Of a stretch of 64,000 nucleotides of DNA, positions 40,202 to 50,679 are shown in pieces. Made by a program: the position numbers and the translations under genes. The number at the start of each line of letters is the position of its first letter. The stretch's first letter is position 1. The DNA comes from Halobacteriovoraceae bacterium. Its GTDB lineage: Bacteria; Bdellovibrionota; Bacteriovoracia; Bacteriovoracales; Bacteriovoracaceae. Where the stretch lies: NCBI GenBank assembly GCA_963719505.1, contig CAVRCF010000003.1:224001-288000 (forward strand). Direction: 5' to 3'. A model generated the notes under the pieces. It worked only from the letters and a program-made list of their open reading frames with translations, was not told the origin of the DNA and did no database searches.

Positions 40202-41058
40202 AGTTTAAACGAATTTATATCGAAATTTCTAATATTTGTAATATCCAGTGCTCGTTCTGTCCAGTCGTTGAAAGAGATAATAAAATAATGAGTGTTGATG
40301 AGTTTAAAAATGCTCTATCTCAAGTTCAGCCCTTTACTGAAGAAATCTGCCTGCATCTCATGGGGGAGCCTTTGGCCCATCCTAAAATAAAAGAAATTCT
40401 TAAAATCTGTGATGATTCAGAAATAAAAGTAATGATCACAACAAATGGAATCTTGCTTAAGCGCTATAAAGATATTCTGTTAGATTCAAAATCGGTGAGA
40501 CAAATTAATTTTTCACTTCAAAGCTATAAAGATAATTTCCCTGATAAGGATCTTCATTCATATTTTTCTCCCATTCTTGACTTTACAACAGGAGTTCAAG
40601 AAAAGAGACCCGATATGTATATCAATTTTAGGCTTTGGAATTATGATGTCGATAATGGGGAAAATGAAGAGATATTTCAAGCCTGTGAAAAGTTTTATGA
40701 CATTGAGATTAAAAGAAAAGTTGAATTAGGAAATATAAAATCAAAGAAAATATGGAACAAAGTTTATTTGCATTTTGATTCTCGTTTTGAATGGCCAGAT
40801 ATGGATCTTCCAAACTTAGGTGAAACAGGACGATGTCACGGTATGATCAATCATATGGCCATCCAGGCAAATGGAGATGTTGTTCCCTGTTGTTTAGATA
40901 AAGAGTCAGTCATTAATCTTGGAAACATATTCAACTCGTCATTTGAAGAAATACTTCATTCAAAAAGAGCAACTCTTATGCGAGAGGGCTTTCAAAATAA
41001 TAAGTTGGTGGAGGAACTATGCCAAAAATGTTCTTTTATCAGAAGGTTTAAAGTTTAG
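40198..41058 (+). CDS. Radical SAM/SPASM domain protein
   Basis: CNIQCSFC, GEP, TTNG, C-terminal C...GDVVPCC...CQKC. Confidence 0.92.
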   Translation: MKFKRIYIEISNICNIQCSFCPVVERDNKIMSVDEFKNALSQVQPFTEEICLHLMGEPLAHPKIKEILKICDDSEIKVMITTNGILLKRYKDILLDSKSVRQINFSLQSYKDNFPDKDLHSYFSPILDFTTGVQEKRPDMYINFRLWNYDVDNGENEEIFQACEKFYDIEIKRKVELGNIKSKKIWNKVYLHFDSRFEWPDMDLPNLGETGRCHGMINHMAIQANGDVVPCCLDKESVINLGNIFNSSFEEILHSKRATLMREGFQNNKLVEELCQKCSFIRRFKV

Positions 41059-42653
41059 TTCTTTAGTTTTTCTGCAAGATAGTCGTCGTAATTTGTAAAT
41101 TTATCTTCGATGAGCTTACCATCTGCGCCTATATCAATGATTCGATCGGCTACAGTTTGAATAAACTCATGGTCATGACTGGCAAACATTAAAGTACCTT
41201 TATAACGAATAAGTCCTTCGTTGACGGCAGTAATACTTTCTAGATCTAAGTGAGAAGTTGGTCCATCAAGGGTGACAACATTTGGCCTTTCAAGCATTAT
41301 TTTTGAAAGCATACATCTTACTTTCTCTCCACCAGAGAGAACATTCGTTTTCTTTTTAGCTTCTTCACCAGAGAAGAGCATTTTTCCAAGGAAACCTCTA
41401 ACAAAGTTATCGCTTTGATCATAAGAGTATTGTCTCAGCCAATCAATGATTGAATATTTCCCATCCATAAAGAAGTCTGCGTTATCTGCTGGAAAGTAAG
41501 AATTATTTATTGTTACTCCCCATTTTACTTCCCCTGAATCGGCTTGAAGATTTCCATGCAGGATTTCAAAAAGAGTTGAAACGGCGAGATCATTATCAGA
41601 AAGGAAGGCTACTTTATCATTCTTATTGAGAGTAAATGAAATATTGTCGAGAACTTTAACTCCATCAATAGACTTCGTTAAGCCATCTACTTTTAAGATG
41701 TCTTTTCCGGCTTCTCTTTCTTGCTCAAAGTTTACAAATGGATACTTTCTAGAAGACTGTGGAAGATCATCAATTTCAAGTCTCTCCAATTGCTGTTTTC
41801 TTGAGGTCGCCTGTTTTGACTTTGATGCATTGGCCGAGAAGCGCTGGATAAAATCTTTTAGCTGTTTTGCTTTATCTTCATTTTTCTTCTTCATATCTGA
41901 ACGCAGCTGTTGAGCCAGTTCACTTGATTTTCTCCAGAAGTCATAGTTCCCAGAATAGGTGTTTATTTTTCCAAAATCTAGATCTGTGATATGAGTACAA
42001 ACTTTATTTAAAAAATGTCTATCGTGAGAGACAACAATAACTGTATTTTCGAAATTGTAGAGAAATTCTTCAAGCCACTGGATTGCCGCAATATCAAGAT
42101 GGTTGGTAGGCTCATCCAAAAGAAGAACGTCTGGCTTTCCAAAGAGAGCTTGTCCCAGGAGTACCTTAACCTTTTGGGAACCGGTTAGGTCTGACATCTT
42201 TTTATCGTGAAACTCATTAGGAATTCCCAGACCACTAAGCATTATTCCAGCGTCAGACTCTGCTTCCCATCCGTTCATCTCTGCGAAGTCAGCTTCTAGT
42301 TGAGCAGACTTTATTCCATCTTCTTCTGTGAAATCTTCTTTTGCATAGAGAGCATCTTTCTCTTTCATGATCGCAGATAGGTGGGCATTGCCCATAACGA
42401 CTGTCTCAATAGCTGTGTGGTCATCGAAGGCGAAGTGATCTTGTTTTAGGACAGAGAGTCTCTCTCCTGGGGTGAGTTCTACATTGCCAGAATTTGGCTC
42501 TAGCTCTCCAGAGAGAATCTTCACGAAGGTTGATTTCCCCGCTCCATTTGCGCCAATAAGCCCATAGCAGTTTCCAGGAGAGAAACGAATATTAACGTCG
42601 TCGAAAAGTTTTCTTCCACCAAAGCTTAGGCTGATATTATTTGCGCTGATCAT
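41055..42653 (-). CDS. ABC-F family ATPase (YbiT/YkpA-like)
   Basis: GANGAGKST, LDEPTNHLD, RFSANASKSKQATSRK linker, LSGGEKVR. Confidence 0.93.
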   Translation of the reverse strand: MISANNISLSFGGRKLFDDVNIRFSPGNCYGLIGANGAGKSTFVKILSGELEPNSGNVELTPGERLSVLKQDHFAFDDHTAIETVVMGNAHLSAIMKEKDALYAKEDFTEEDGIKSAQLEADFAEMNGWEAESDAGIMLSGLGIPNEFHDKKMSDLTGSQKVKVLLGQALFGKPDVLLLDEPTNHLDIAAIQWLEEFLYNFENTVIVVSHDRHFLNKVCTHITDLDFGKINTYSGNYDFWRKSSELAQQLRSDMKKKNEDKAKQLKDFIQRFSANASKSKQATSRKQQLERLEIDDLPQSSRKYPFVNFEQEREAGKDILKVDGLTKSIDGVKVLDNISFTLNKNDKVAFLSDNDLAVSTLFEILHGNLQADSGEVKWGVTINNSYFPADNADFFMDGKYSIIDWLRQYSYDQSDNFVRGFLGKMLFSGEEAKKKTNVLSGGEKVRCMLSKIMLERPNVVTLDGPTSHLDLESITAVNEGLIRYKGTLMFASHDHEFIQTVADRIIDIGADGKLIEDKFTNYDDYLAEKLKN

Positions 42654-42776
42654 AGAGCTGTCCTTGAATTTAAATTTAGGTGCAATCTATAGAATTTTTA
42701 ATGATTTGTAAAAGGATTACGCCCAGTAAACCTTCATATTTACAGAGGCGGGTGGTATGAGTATAAATTTAAAAAG

Positions 42777-43055
42777 TTACTTCTTATTGGCAGGCTTTGA
42801 AGTTATATCGACGTAGAAACTATCAACTTCTTTTTTTAGGTACTCATCAACTTTTTTGTTTAAGTCAGAAATCTTTATTTCATAGGTCTTTTTATCATCT
42901 AAGCCAATTTTGCAGTCAAAATGCCAAGTGTTAAAAGCTTCTGGAAGTTTCTTTTTACGCTCACGCGTTATATATTTTTTTATTTCATTCTTAATGCTAT
43001 CAGCAACTCGCTCCGGTTTTTTAGAATCTGAAACGAAAGAAAAGGTTTTCTGCAT
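42777..43055 (-). CDS. Small conserved protein (DUF6172-like)
   Basis: Likely start MQKTFSF (43055); IKNEIKKYITRERKKKLPE...W.FDCK.G pattern. Confidence 0.7.
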   Translation of the reverse strand: MQKTFSFVSDSKKPERVADSIKNEIKKYITRERKKKLPEAFNTWHFDCKIGLDDKKTYEIKISDLNKKVDEYLKKEVDSFYVDITSKPANKK

Positions 43056-43176
43056 GATGTCATCCTTTGAAGTATATGTAGCTCTATATAGCACTATTAC
43101 AAGAGAAGGTGCAAGCAATATCAGTTTTCCTGTTGTACAATGAAGGGGTAAATCACTAATGATTGAGGAGAGAAAA

Positions 43177-43626
43177 ATGAAAGTTCTTTTATTATGTTTA
43201 TTTGTTCTTGTTGGCTGTGCCACAAAATTAGACAAAAAACCCGTTGTTGAATCAAAAGATATTGAACCGATTTCTTTTAAGCAAAAGAAGGTGAGATTAA
43301 GAGCACTTCTTGACAGTCATCCAGAGTTTAACAAGGAAACAAAAGTAAAGATTGAAAATCTTTTAATTGGTGCCATAGAAGAGGGGCAAAAATTAAAAAT
43401 GAGAGAATCTCAGCTTATCCAGCAAGTGGCTCGTTACACTTTAGTTGAGCAAGGGTCTTACTCACAGATTAAAAAGTTAAAATCAGCCTTAAAGAAAGTC
43501 TATGAGACGAAATATAACAATATTTCAAAAACCATTGATAAACTGAAAAAAATTGTGGGAATCGCACCTGTGAATAAAAGTCTTATTAATGACTTTCAAA
43601 AAGATCATATTCTAGAATTTAGATAA
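43177..43626 (+). CDS. Hypothetical lipoprotein
   Basis: Lipobox LVGC, GAGGAG RBS. Confidence 0.75.
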   Translation: MKVLLLCLFVLVGCATKLDKKPVVESKDIEPISFKQKKVRLRALLDSHPEFNKETKVKIENLLIGAIEEGQKLKMRESQLIQQVARYTLVEQGSYSQIKKLKSALKKVYETKYNNISKTIDKLKKIVGIAPVNKSLINDFQKDHILEFR

Positions 43627-43635
43627 TATATCATT

Positions 43636-43672
43636 CCTCAATAGCCGCTGTTTAAAAAGTGAGCTATTGAGG
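43636..43672. terminator. Hairpin between convergent genes
   Basis: CCTCAATAGC...GCTATTGAGG. Confidence 0.6.
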
Positions 43673-43681
43673 TTTCTCACT

Positions 43682-44152
43682 TTAGATCTTCCGACTAAAG
43701 TTTCTTGGCTCGTCGTAATGACCACGACAATTTCTAACTTCTCCACCAATGCCGTAGGCACAAATTTGGTCAGTGTACTTCTTTCCATTTTTAGTTACTT
43801 CTAGATCTATTTCAGTATAGTCTTCATCATAACCAAAGCCGTCTATAGCGAATCTCACTCGAGTCATGCCCGTTTCAGAGCATTGAGTTTTTATATCTAT
43901 CTGAAGCTCACCAGGGATATTGTTAGAAAAAAATCTTGTTTGAACTTTCTTTATTATTTTAGCATCAATCTCAACATTTAAGCAGTCGTAACCTCTCAAT
44001 TTGTCATTGAAAAATGTTCGAGCAGTAATGAGGTGATTGATAGCAATTTTCTCGGCATGACAATAGGCTTTTATTCTCTCTGAGACAATGACTTGGGAGA
44101 AAGCGTTTGAGGAGGCGAGGACAATAGTAGCAATGATAAGTTTTTTCATCAT
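43682..44152 (-). CDS. Hypothetical secreted Cys-containing protein
   Basis: Signal peptide MKKLIIATIVLASSNAFS. Confidence 0.7.
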   Translation of the reverse strand: MMKKLIIATIVLASSNAFSQVIVSERIKAYCHAEKIAINHLITARTFFNDKLRGYDCLNVEIDAKIIKKVQTRFFSNNIPGELQIDIKTQCSETGMTRVRFAIDGFGYDEDYTEIDLEVTKNGKKYTDQICAYGIGGEVRNCRGHYDEPRNFSRKI

Positions 44153-44219
44153 TGTTCAGTATCTTTGGGCTACTGGAATTAAAAGTTGATGTGTAAAAAT
44201 GTCATACTTTTTATGAACT

Positions 44220-44258
44220 GCCCGATCTCAAGAGCACTCTAAGCTCTTGAGATCGGGC
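44220..44258. repeat. Perfect 16-bp inverted repeat
   Basis: GCCCGATCTCAAGAGC-actctaa-GCTCTTGAGATCGGGC, just downstream of the aldehyde dehydrogenase stop. Confidence 0.9.
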
Positions 44259-44277
44259 GGATGGCTTATCTTTTAAA

Positions 44278-45687
44278 TTAGCTATTAAGAACTCTAACAG
44301 ATTTAATATTCATGTATTCATGAAAACCAAAACGTCCGTGTTCTCTTCCGTAACCACTTTCTTTAACTCCTCCAAAAGGAAGATTGGGCTTGGCATTTGT
44401 AAAACCGTTGATATTAATCATGCCAGTATCCAGATGTTTTGCAGCTATTTCTTTTGCCTTTTCAACATCTTTTGTAAAGATTCCACCTCCGAGGCCAAAC
44501 TTTGAATTATTTGAAACCTCAATTGCTTCTTCTAGATTTTTTACTTTTATGAGACTTGCAACTGGTCCAAAGAGTTCTCCGTCATAAGCCGGCATCCCTG
44601 GACTTAGATTTTCTAAAATAGTGGGCTGAAAAAAGTAACCTTTTCGCTTTTCAATATTTCCCCCCATGACACAGACAGCACCCCTGTCCAAAGATTCTCT
44701 AACTTGATCATCCAGTTTTACTAGAAGATCTTTCCTGGCCATTGGTCCTAGTTTTGTTGTTTTCTCATGAGGATTTCCCATTTGAAACTCTTTCATTTTA
44801 TCGATGAACTTCTCTCGAAATTGATCGTAGACAGACTCGACGACGAGAAACCTCTTCGCCGCTGTACAAGTCTCGGCATTATTGATCATTCTCCCGTTTG
44901 CACACGCTTGTGCTGCTAAATCTAAGTCAGCGTCTTCTAAGACAAGGTAGGCGTCATTTCCACCTAGTTCCAAAATTGATTTCTTCAGATTCCTTGCCGC
45001 TTTCTCTGCAACTTTTCTCCCCGTTGATGGACTTCCTGTGAAGGTAACGAGTCTTACTTCTTTAGATGAATAGAGAAACTCAATATCTTCATGCTTAGCA
45101 TAGAGATGTTGAAATACTCCTTCTGGGAGGCCAGCTTCTTTGTAGAGGCTTTCTATTTTTTCAGCACTTGCCCAGACATTTGATGCATGTCTAAGAAGAG
45201 TCGTATTACCTGCTAAGATGGCATGAACAGAGTATCTAATAACTTGGTAGAAGGGAAAGTTCCATGGCTGTATTGAAAAAATAACACCAAGAGGACTAAA
45301 ATGATTAAAAGCTTTTCCGCCTTCAATTTCCATCTCTTCAGGGGCAATATGTTCTTCAACAGTATCGCAGCAGTAGTCTACAATACCGGTACATATTTTA
45401 ATCTCATCTAATCCACCTGCGTGAGTTTTACCCATTTCATTTGTCATCATGGTAGCAATCTCATCTTTTTGATCGTTCATGAGCTTTCCAAATTTTCGAA
45501 CGATTTCAATTCTCTCTTTTAATGGAGTATGGGACCAATCTTTGAAAGCTTCTTGGGATTTTTGAAGTTTTTTCTCTACATCGGATTTAGATTCATAATT
45601 AAATGTTCTAAAAGTTTCCTCTGTAAAAGGATTGGTTAGGCTGTAAGAGTTCTCCGTTGATTCTGTCGTTGATGCTTGATTTTGCAT
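44278..45687 (-). CDS. NAD(P)-dependent aldehyde dehydrogenase (succinate-semialdehyde dehydrogenase Sad/GabD-like)
   Basis: QPWNFP, FTGS, LELGGND, ETCTA, ELFGP, PFGGVKESGYGRE. Likely start MQNQ (45687). Confidence 0.92.
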   Translation of the reverse strand: MQNQASTTESTENSYSLTNPFTEETFRTFNYESKSDVEKKLQKSQEAFKDWSHTPLKERIEIVRKFGKLMNDQKDEIATMMTNEMGKTHAGGLDEIKICTGIVDYCCDTVEEHIAPEEMEIEGGKAFNHFSPLGVIFSIQPWNFPFYQVIRYSVHAILAGNTTLLRHASNVWASAEKIESLYKEAGLPEGVFQHLYAKHEDIEFLYSSKEVRLVTFTGSPSTGRKVAEKAARNLKKSILELGGNDAYLVLEDADLDLAAQACANGRMINNAETCTAAKRFLVVESVYDQFREKFIDKMKEFQMGNPHEKTTKLGPMARKDLLVKLDDQVRESLDRGAVCVMGGNIEKRKGYFFQPTILENLSPGMPAYDGELFGPVASLIKVKNLEEAIEVSNNSKFGLGGGIFTKDVEKAKEIAAKHLDTGMININGFTNAKPNLPFGGVKESGYGREHGRFGFHEYMNIKSVRVLNS

Positions 45688-45994
45688 TTGCTCTCCTTTT
45701 TTGGTTTTAAGTACCCGCTCAGAATAACAGTTCAAAGAGGTGAAAAGTTTTAGGGAATATGTAGGGAGAATAAAATTTTGATCATTTTAAGTGTTTATGC
45801 TGGAGTTTTATAGTTTGCGTTATGATACGAATCTTAGATGTTAAAGTTTAGTCACATAAAGAAGTTCTTTTAGTAAAGAACTGGAACTCATTTATCGTTG
45901 TTGATCATAATAAAATTAGAACTAAAAATACTGATTAGGGAATTAGGCAGTGATTTAACTTCATAGACTGTCTGAGATAGAGTAACTTGATTAT

Positions 45995-46591
45995 ATGAAT
46001 ATTAAGAAGTACTTAGTTCAATTTCCACAAACAAACGAACTCAATATTGTAGGACCTCTTTATGAAAAACCGGAGAACCTGAAAGGGCCAATCATCTTTG
46101 TTGACGGCGGAGCCGGTGCAAGGATTCAAGAAGAGGGATTTAGTGTCGGTGATGGGGACTCTTTTATTGGAGAATTGGATGAGGTTTTACCAAAAGAGAA
46201 AGACTTCTCTGATCTGGCTTTTGTGCTTAGAAATATTCCTTCCTATGTTAACGAGTTGAAGCTTTTTGGGTTTTTGAGCGGTCGCAGAGACCATGAGCTT
46301 GTCAACTTCGCTGAGATTCATTCATTTTTAAAAAACTGTCCTACTCCGACAAAAGTTTATTTCGATAAAGATGTTATCGCTTTTAGTAAAGGAACTTGGA
46401 ATGTTGAGGTCGATGGAATCTTTACTCTTTTCGCTTTTGAGGAAATAGAAGTTAAGCTAAGCGGTGACTGTAAATACCCAATTGCTAAGAAGTTAAAACC
46501 ATTATCTAGTGAAGGTTTAAGCAATATAGGGACGGGGAAAATAACTTTTATAAATAATGCTCCCCTTTTTCTTTTTCTTAATCATCCATAA
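45995..46591 (+). CDS. Thiamine pyrophosphokinase-like protein
   Basis: VDGG, GDGDS, KDFSD, GRRDHELVN, GLSN motifs of the ThiN/TPK family. Confidence 0.75.
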   Translation: MNIKKYLVQFPQTNELNIVGPLYEKPENLKGPIIFVDGGAGARIQEEGFSVGDGDSFIGELDEVLPKEKDFSDLAFVLRNIPSYVNELKLFGFLSGRRDHELVNFAEIHSFLKNCPTPTKVYFDKDVIAFSKGTWNVEVDGIFTLFAFEEIEVKLSGDCKYPIAKKLKPLSSEGLSNIGTGKITFINNAPLFLFLNHP

Positions 46592-46786
46592 CTCTTAGCT
46601 TGCTTTCTTTTCATTTTCGAGCAGAGTTACTTTGACATGTTCAACGAGCTTTTTTTATATAAAGGGGGCTTGTTAAAAATGGTATCGCAGCCTTTGGCAA
46701 ATAGCTTAATAACACCTAGCGAGTTTAAATCTTTATCTTTTCAAAATATAGAGGAAGGAAGGTTGAGCCATCAGAATGATAGAAAT

Positions 46787-46816
46787 AAAAAAGCCTTTCC
46801 GAAGAAAGGCTCTTTT
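46787..46816 (-). terminator. Terminator downstream of the tRNA pair
   Basis: AAAAAGCCTTTC-CGAA-GAAAGGCTCTTTT. Confidence 0.8.
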
Positions 46817-46827
46817 AATTATAAATT

Positions 46828-46905
46828 TGGTACTCCCAAGGGGATTCGAACCCCTGTTACCGCCGTGAAAAGGCGGTGTCCTAGACCAGGCTAGACGATG
46901 GGAGC
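46828..46905 (-). tRNA. tRNA-Glu(TTC)
   Basis: CCGCC-TT-TTC-AC-GGCGG anticodon arm, GGTTCGAATCC T-arm, CCA end. Confidence 0.97.
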
Positions 46906-46938
46906 ATAACTGTTAAAATAAGTAATGCTTATTAAGAA

Positions 46939-47015
46939 TGGTGATCGCGCTGTGACTCGAACACAGGACCCTCTCCTTAAAAGGGAGATGCTCTAACCAA
47001 CTGAGCTACGCGACC
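46939..47015 (-). tRNA. tRNA-Lys(TTT)
   Basis: TAGCTCAGTTGG D-arm, TCTCC-CT-TTT-AA-GGAGA anticodon arm, CCA end. Confidence 0.97.
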
Positions 47016-47176
47016 AGATTCTTAAAATCGTGAAATTTAATTTAAACATTTAAGCTAAATTCTGTCAACGAATAAATGATAATATAATCAATTTTTTTAT
47101 CACTAAATATAATCAACTTGTCAGAGCCAGTATATCAATAGCTTAATTTGTCGTGTCAAATATATAGGGATTTACC

Positions 47177-48457
47177 ATGACTAAAAAAGTATCATTTCAC
47201 ACTCTTGGTTGCAGGCTAAATATGTCTGAAACGGGCTCTATCGCTCAGGGTTTTGTTGACCGAGGCTACAAAGTCGTCCCTTTTGGTGAGCGAGTCAGAT
47301 GTGACTTTCTTAAATACTTGTACCGTCACAGATGGAGCGGACTCTACATGTCGAAATTTGATCCGAAAGGCTTCTAAGCATTCAGTCCAGAGGGAAAAGT
47401 GGTTGTGGCTGGTTGCTACGCTCAAATGGAAGCTGAGAAAATAAAGACAATGCAAGGAGTAGATCTCATCCTTGGAACCAATGAAAAATATAAGGTCTTT
47501 GACTATCTTGAAGAGGAAGATGAGACGGCGATCAAAATAGATAAAATGACAGAGTTTTGGGGAGCAGCAACAACGGAAGCTGATAATCACACCAGAGCAT
47601 TTTTAAAAATTCAAGATGGTTGTAACTATATATGCTCATTTTGTATTATTCCTCACGCTAGAGGGAGATCAAGAACAATCTCTATTGAGGATGCTACTAA
47701 TGAATCTAAAAACCTCATTTCCAGAGGTTTTAAAGAAATTGTTCTAACTGGTGTTAATATTGGAGAGTATGCTAATAGCTCTGGAGAGCGTCTTGAAGAC
47801 CTTATTCTCTCTTTGACTAACATCGATGGTCTTAAACGCTTAAGACTAGGATCAGTCGAACCTAATACGATGAGTGAAAGCCTTGTAAGGACTCTTAAAG
47901 GTAGTGGAGTCTATCAAGATCATTTTCATATTCCACTGCAAAGTGGAAGTGATGAAATTCTTAAGTCTATGAGGCGTAAATATGACGTCGCATTCTATAA
48001 AGAGACGATTGCAATGGTTCAGTCTTACTTTCCCGATGCCTCTTTTGGAGCTGATATAATTGTCGGCTATCCTGGCGAGAGCGAAGAAGACTTTCAAAAA
48101 ACTTATAACCTTTTAAAAGAGCTTCCGATTGTCCACTTTCATGTCTTTCCTTATTCAAAAAGACAAAAGACCACGGCTGCTAAACTGGATAATCATATTC
48201 AAGCTGATGTGAAAAAGGCGAGAGTTAAAACTCTTATTGCCCTTGGTGAGTCCAAGCAAGAAAGCTTTGCGAAAAAATTGGTTGGGTCGAAGCAAAGTGT
48301 GTTATTTGAAAATGAAAGAGATGGCATTTTTGAAGGCTATACATCAAACTACGTAAAGGTTCGCTTGAGTTCATCACAGAATATTAAGAATCAAATTCTT
48401 GATGTGAAAATAGTTAAAAGTCTTGGTGGTGGAAAAGTAGAATCAGTACTTACTTAA
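47177..48457 (+). CDS. mtaB: tRNA t6A methylthiotransferase MtaB, frameshifts near 47290 and 47383
   Basis: TLGCRLN (frame 1), NTCTVT (frame 2), VAGCYAQ and RAFLKIQDGCNYICSFCIIP..RG (frame 3), HVFPYSKR. Confidence 0.9.
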
Positions 48458-49343
48458 TCCAAGTTATGCAAGGTGCCGGCATGATTATAGTCTCGCCGTT
48501 TAAATCAAGCATGTCTTTTTGCTCGGTATCGCCTTTAGAGTAACTATAGAATCTTCTGTATTGATAACCTAGCGCCTGTCTTAAAATATTTTCCATTCTA
48601 ACGGCTCTGTATTCGGCAACTGGTTGAAACTCGTGATCATCTGATTTTACAAATCTTCTATCGAGTAGACCTCTCATTCCATCATAAGCGTGCATCATTT
48701 CGTGGGCGAGAATAATGTCGGTATCAATTTTTCTCTCAACCCAATCCGCTTCCATAAACTTGGCATCTGTTTCAGGATTCCATAGAATCTGGCCTCCAAA
48801 TCCAATCTGATTAAAGGGAAGCTTTAAAACCATGGGTTTTCTATCATCTAGGTTCATAATCATTGTTATTTCATTCATACGCCAATTGGGACGCTCGTTA
48901 TTGTGATTTCCACTGTAACGATTTCCACCTTTTTTGATATAAAAAGGATAAGGGGACTGTTGCAGCTCAAAAATAAGTTCCTTTGTTTGGGGAACATTTT
49001 CAAAGCGCCTTAAAGTTCTCAGTGCTTTTTTTACAAATGCATCTCTTGGATAAACTTGATTGCCTCGAACATCAAAAAGTGATCCATCTCTGTAGGTATA
49101 GGTTTGAGTTTTTGACATTACTTTTAGTGAGTCAAAATTTAAGTTTGATATTGTTGTTGTTGTTGTAAATAGAGATGTGCGATCAAAGTTTGAGCAACCA
49201 AATGCTTTTATGGCCTCTTCGCTTAATCCTGATTCGATAATAATCTCATCGATTGTTCTTTGAGGAGTACTTGAAAAGTTTAAAAGCTCGTAGGCGAAAC
49301 AGTTATAAGAGAAAATAATAAGGAGTAAGATAAATTTTTGCAT
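48450..49343 (-). CDS. Secreted zinc metallopeptidase, M91-like
   Basis: ILAHEMMHAYD followed by E..AV..EN.LR..LG...R..Y; signal peptide. Confidence 0.65.
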   Translation of the reverse strand: MQKFILLLIIFSYNCFAYELLNFSSTPQRTIDEIIIESGLSEEAIKAFGCSNFDRTSLFTTTTTISNLNFDSLKVMSKTQTYTYRDGSLFDVRGNQVYPRDAFVKKALRTLRRFENVPQTKELIFELQQSPYPFYIKKGGNRYSGNHNNERPNWRMNEITMIMNLDDRKPMVLKLPFNQIGFGGQILWNPETDAKFMEADWVERKIDTDIILAHEMMHAYDGMRGLLDRRFVKSDDHEFQPVAEYRAVRMENILRQALGYQYRRFYSYSKGDTEQKDMLDLNGETIIMPAPCITWIK

Positions 49344-49404
49344 TTTAAGAGTATGACCAAAGGGATGGCCATACTCAACTAACTTAGTCTGACATTATCT
49401 TAAG

Positions 49405-50679
49405 CTATTGAAAATACTTCTTTCTAAAATGAATTTGAGCTCTATCAGGGCCGAATGCCAAAATTCCAACCTTTATCCCAAGAGCACTTTCGATGAGGTC
49501 AATATAGTCTTGCAGCTCAGTGCTATAAACATTTTCTTTGTCAAAAGTATCGTTAAAGGGTTTTAGGTTTTTATAAAGCGCAGTTGCCTGTTCTAAATCT
49601 AAGCCGGGGTAGGCACAATCGTATTCCTTTCCATCAATTTCGTAGGCGTAACAGACCTTCAATTCTTCTAGGCCACTTAAAACATCAACTTTAGTTAAAG
49701 CAATCGAAGTGAGGGAGCTGGCCTTCACTGAGTATTTTAAGATGGGGAGATCTAGCCAGCCGCATCTTCGTCTCCTTCCAGTTGTGGCTCCAAATTCCTG
49801 GCCGATATCTTGAATCTTATCACCAATAGGAGTGTGAAGTTCAGTTGGCATTGGGCCTTCTCCAACTCTGGTCGTATAGGCTTTCACAATACCCAGCTTT
49901 TCGTCAACAATTCCTGACGAGACACCTGCTCCTGTATAAATCCCAGCTGCTCCTGTAGAGGATGAAGTCACGTATGGATAAGAGCCATAGTCGATATCGA
50001 GTAGGACACCTTGTGCACCTTCGAAAAGTACATTCTTTTTTAAACTTAGGGCCTCGTCAATATAACTAAATGTATCGATAACAAATTCTTTAAGTTGCTG
50101 ACCAAAACCAAAAAGTCTTTCAACTTCACTTTCAATGGTAGGGACTTGGGTCTTATAGAAATGCTCAAAAAGAAACATCTTCTCTTCTAAAGCAATAGAG
50201 AGTTTTGAGTGAAGAGTGTCTTTGTTGAAAAGGTCTTTAATTTTAATCGCTCGTCTGGCCACTTTATCTTCATAAGCTGGACCAATTCCTTTTCCCGTTG
50301 TTCCAATCTTCTTTATTCCTTTGCCCTCTCTGATAGCATCCAGTAGTTTATGGTAACTAGTAATGACAGTGGCATTTAAAGATATTTTTAATCTTTCAGG
50401 GGTGACATCAATATGTTCTTTGACAAGTTTGAGCTCTTTCATGAATGCTTCGGGTTCGAAGACAACTCCATGGGCAACAACGGATACACAATTTTTATGC
50501 AGTATGCCTGAGGGAATCTGGTGCAAAACGATTTTTTTACCATCAAATATAATGGTATGACCGGCGTTGTTCCCGCCTTGAAATCTGACGACAATATCAG
50601 AGTTTTGACCTAAAAGATCTGTAATCTTTCCTTTACCTTCGTCACCCCACTGGGCCCCTATAATAGCTAGTGTGTTCAT
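49405..50679 (-). CDS. purA: Adenylosuccinate synthetase
   Basis: GAQWGDEGKGK, QGGNNAGHT, GIGPAYEDK, GATTGRRRRCGWLD. Confidence 0.98.
   Translation of the reverse strand: MNTLAIIGAQWGDEGKGKITDLLGQNSDIVVRFQGGNNAGHTIIFDGKKIVLHQIPSGILHKNCVSVVAHGVVFEPEAFMKELKLVKEHIDVTPERLKISLNATVITSYHKLLDAIREGKGIKKIGTTGKGIGPAYEDKVARRAIKIKDLFNKDTLHSKLSIALEEKMFLFEHFYKTQVPTIESEVERLFGFGQQLKEFVIDTFSYIDEALSLKKNVLFEGAQGVLLDIDYGSYPYVTSSSTGAAGIYTGAGVSSGIVDEKLGIVKAYTTRVGEGPMPTELHTPIGDKIQDIGQEFGATTGRRRRCGWLDLPILKYSVKASSLTSIALTKVDVLSGLEELKVCYAYEIDGKEYDCAYPGLDLEQATALYKNLKPFNDTFDKENVYSTELQDYIDLIESALGIKVGILAFGPDRAQIHFRKKYFQ

Noticed and set aside
39059..41058. Radical SAM/SPASM plus hydrolase as a RiPP cluster
   Set aside because: No precursor peptide ORF, RRE domain or transporter is nearby; it looks like a stand-alone short SPASM/twitch enzyme.
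45900..45994. Possible TPP riboswitch upstream of the thiamine pyrophosphokinase-like gene (contains CTGAGA)
   Set aside because: The downstream conserved core (CCTGATC...GCGTAGGGA) is missing, and the start codon follows too closely to fit the aptamer.
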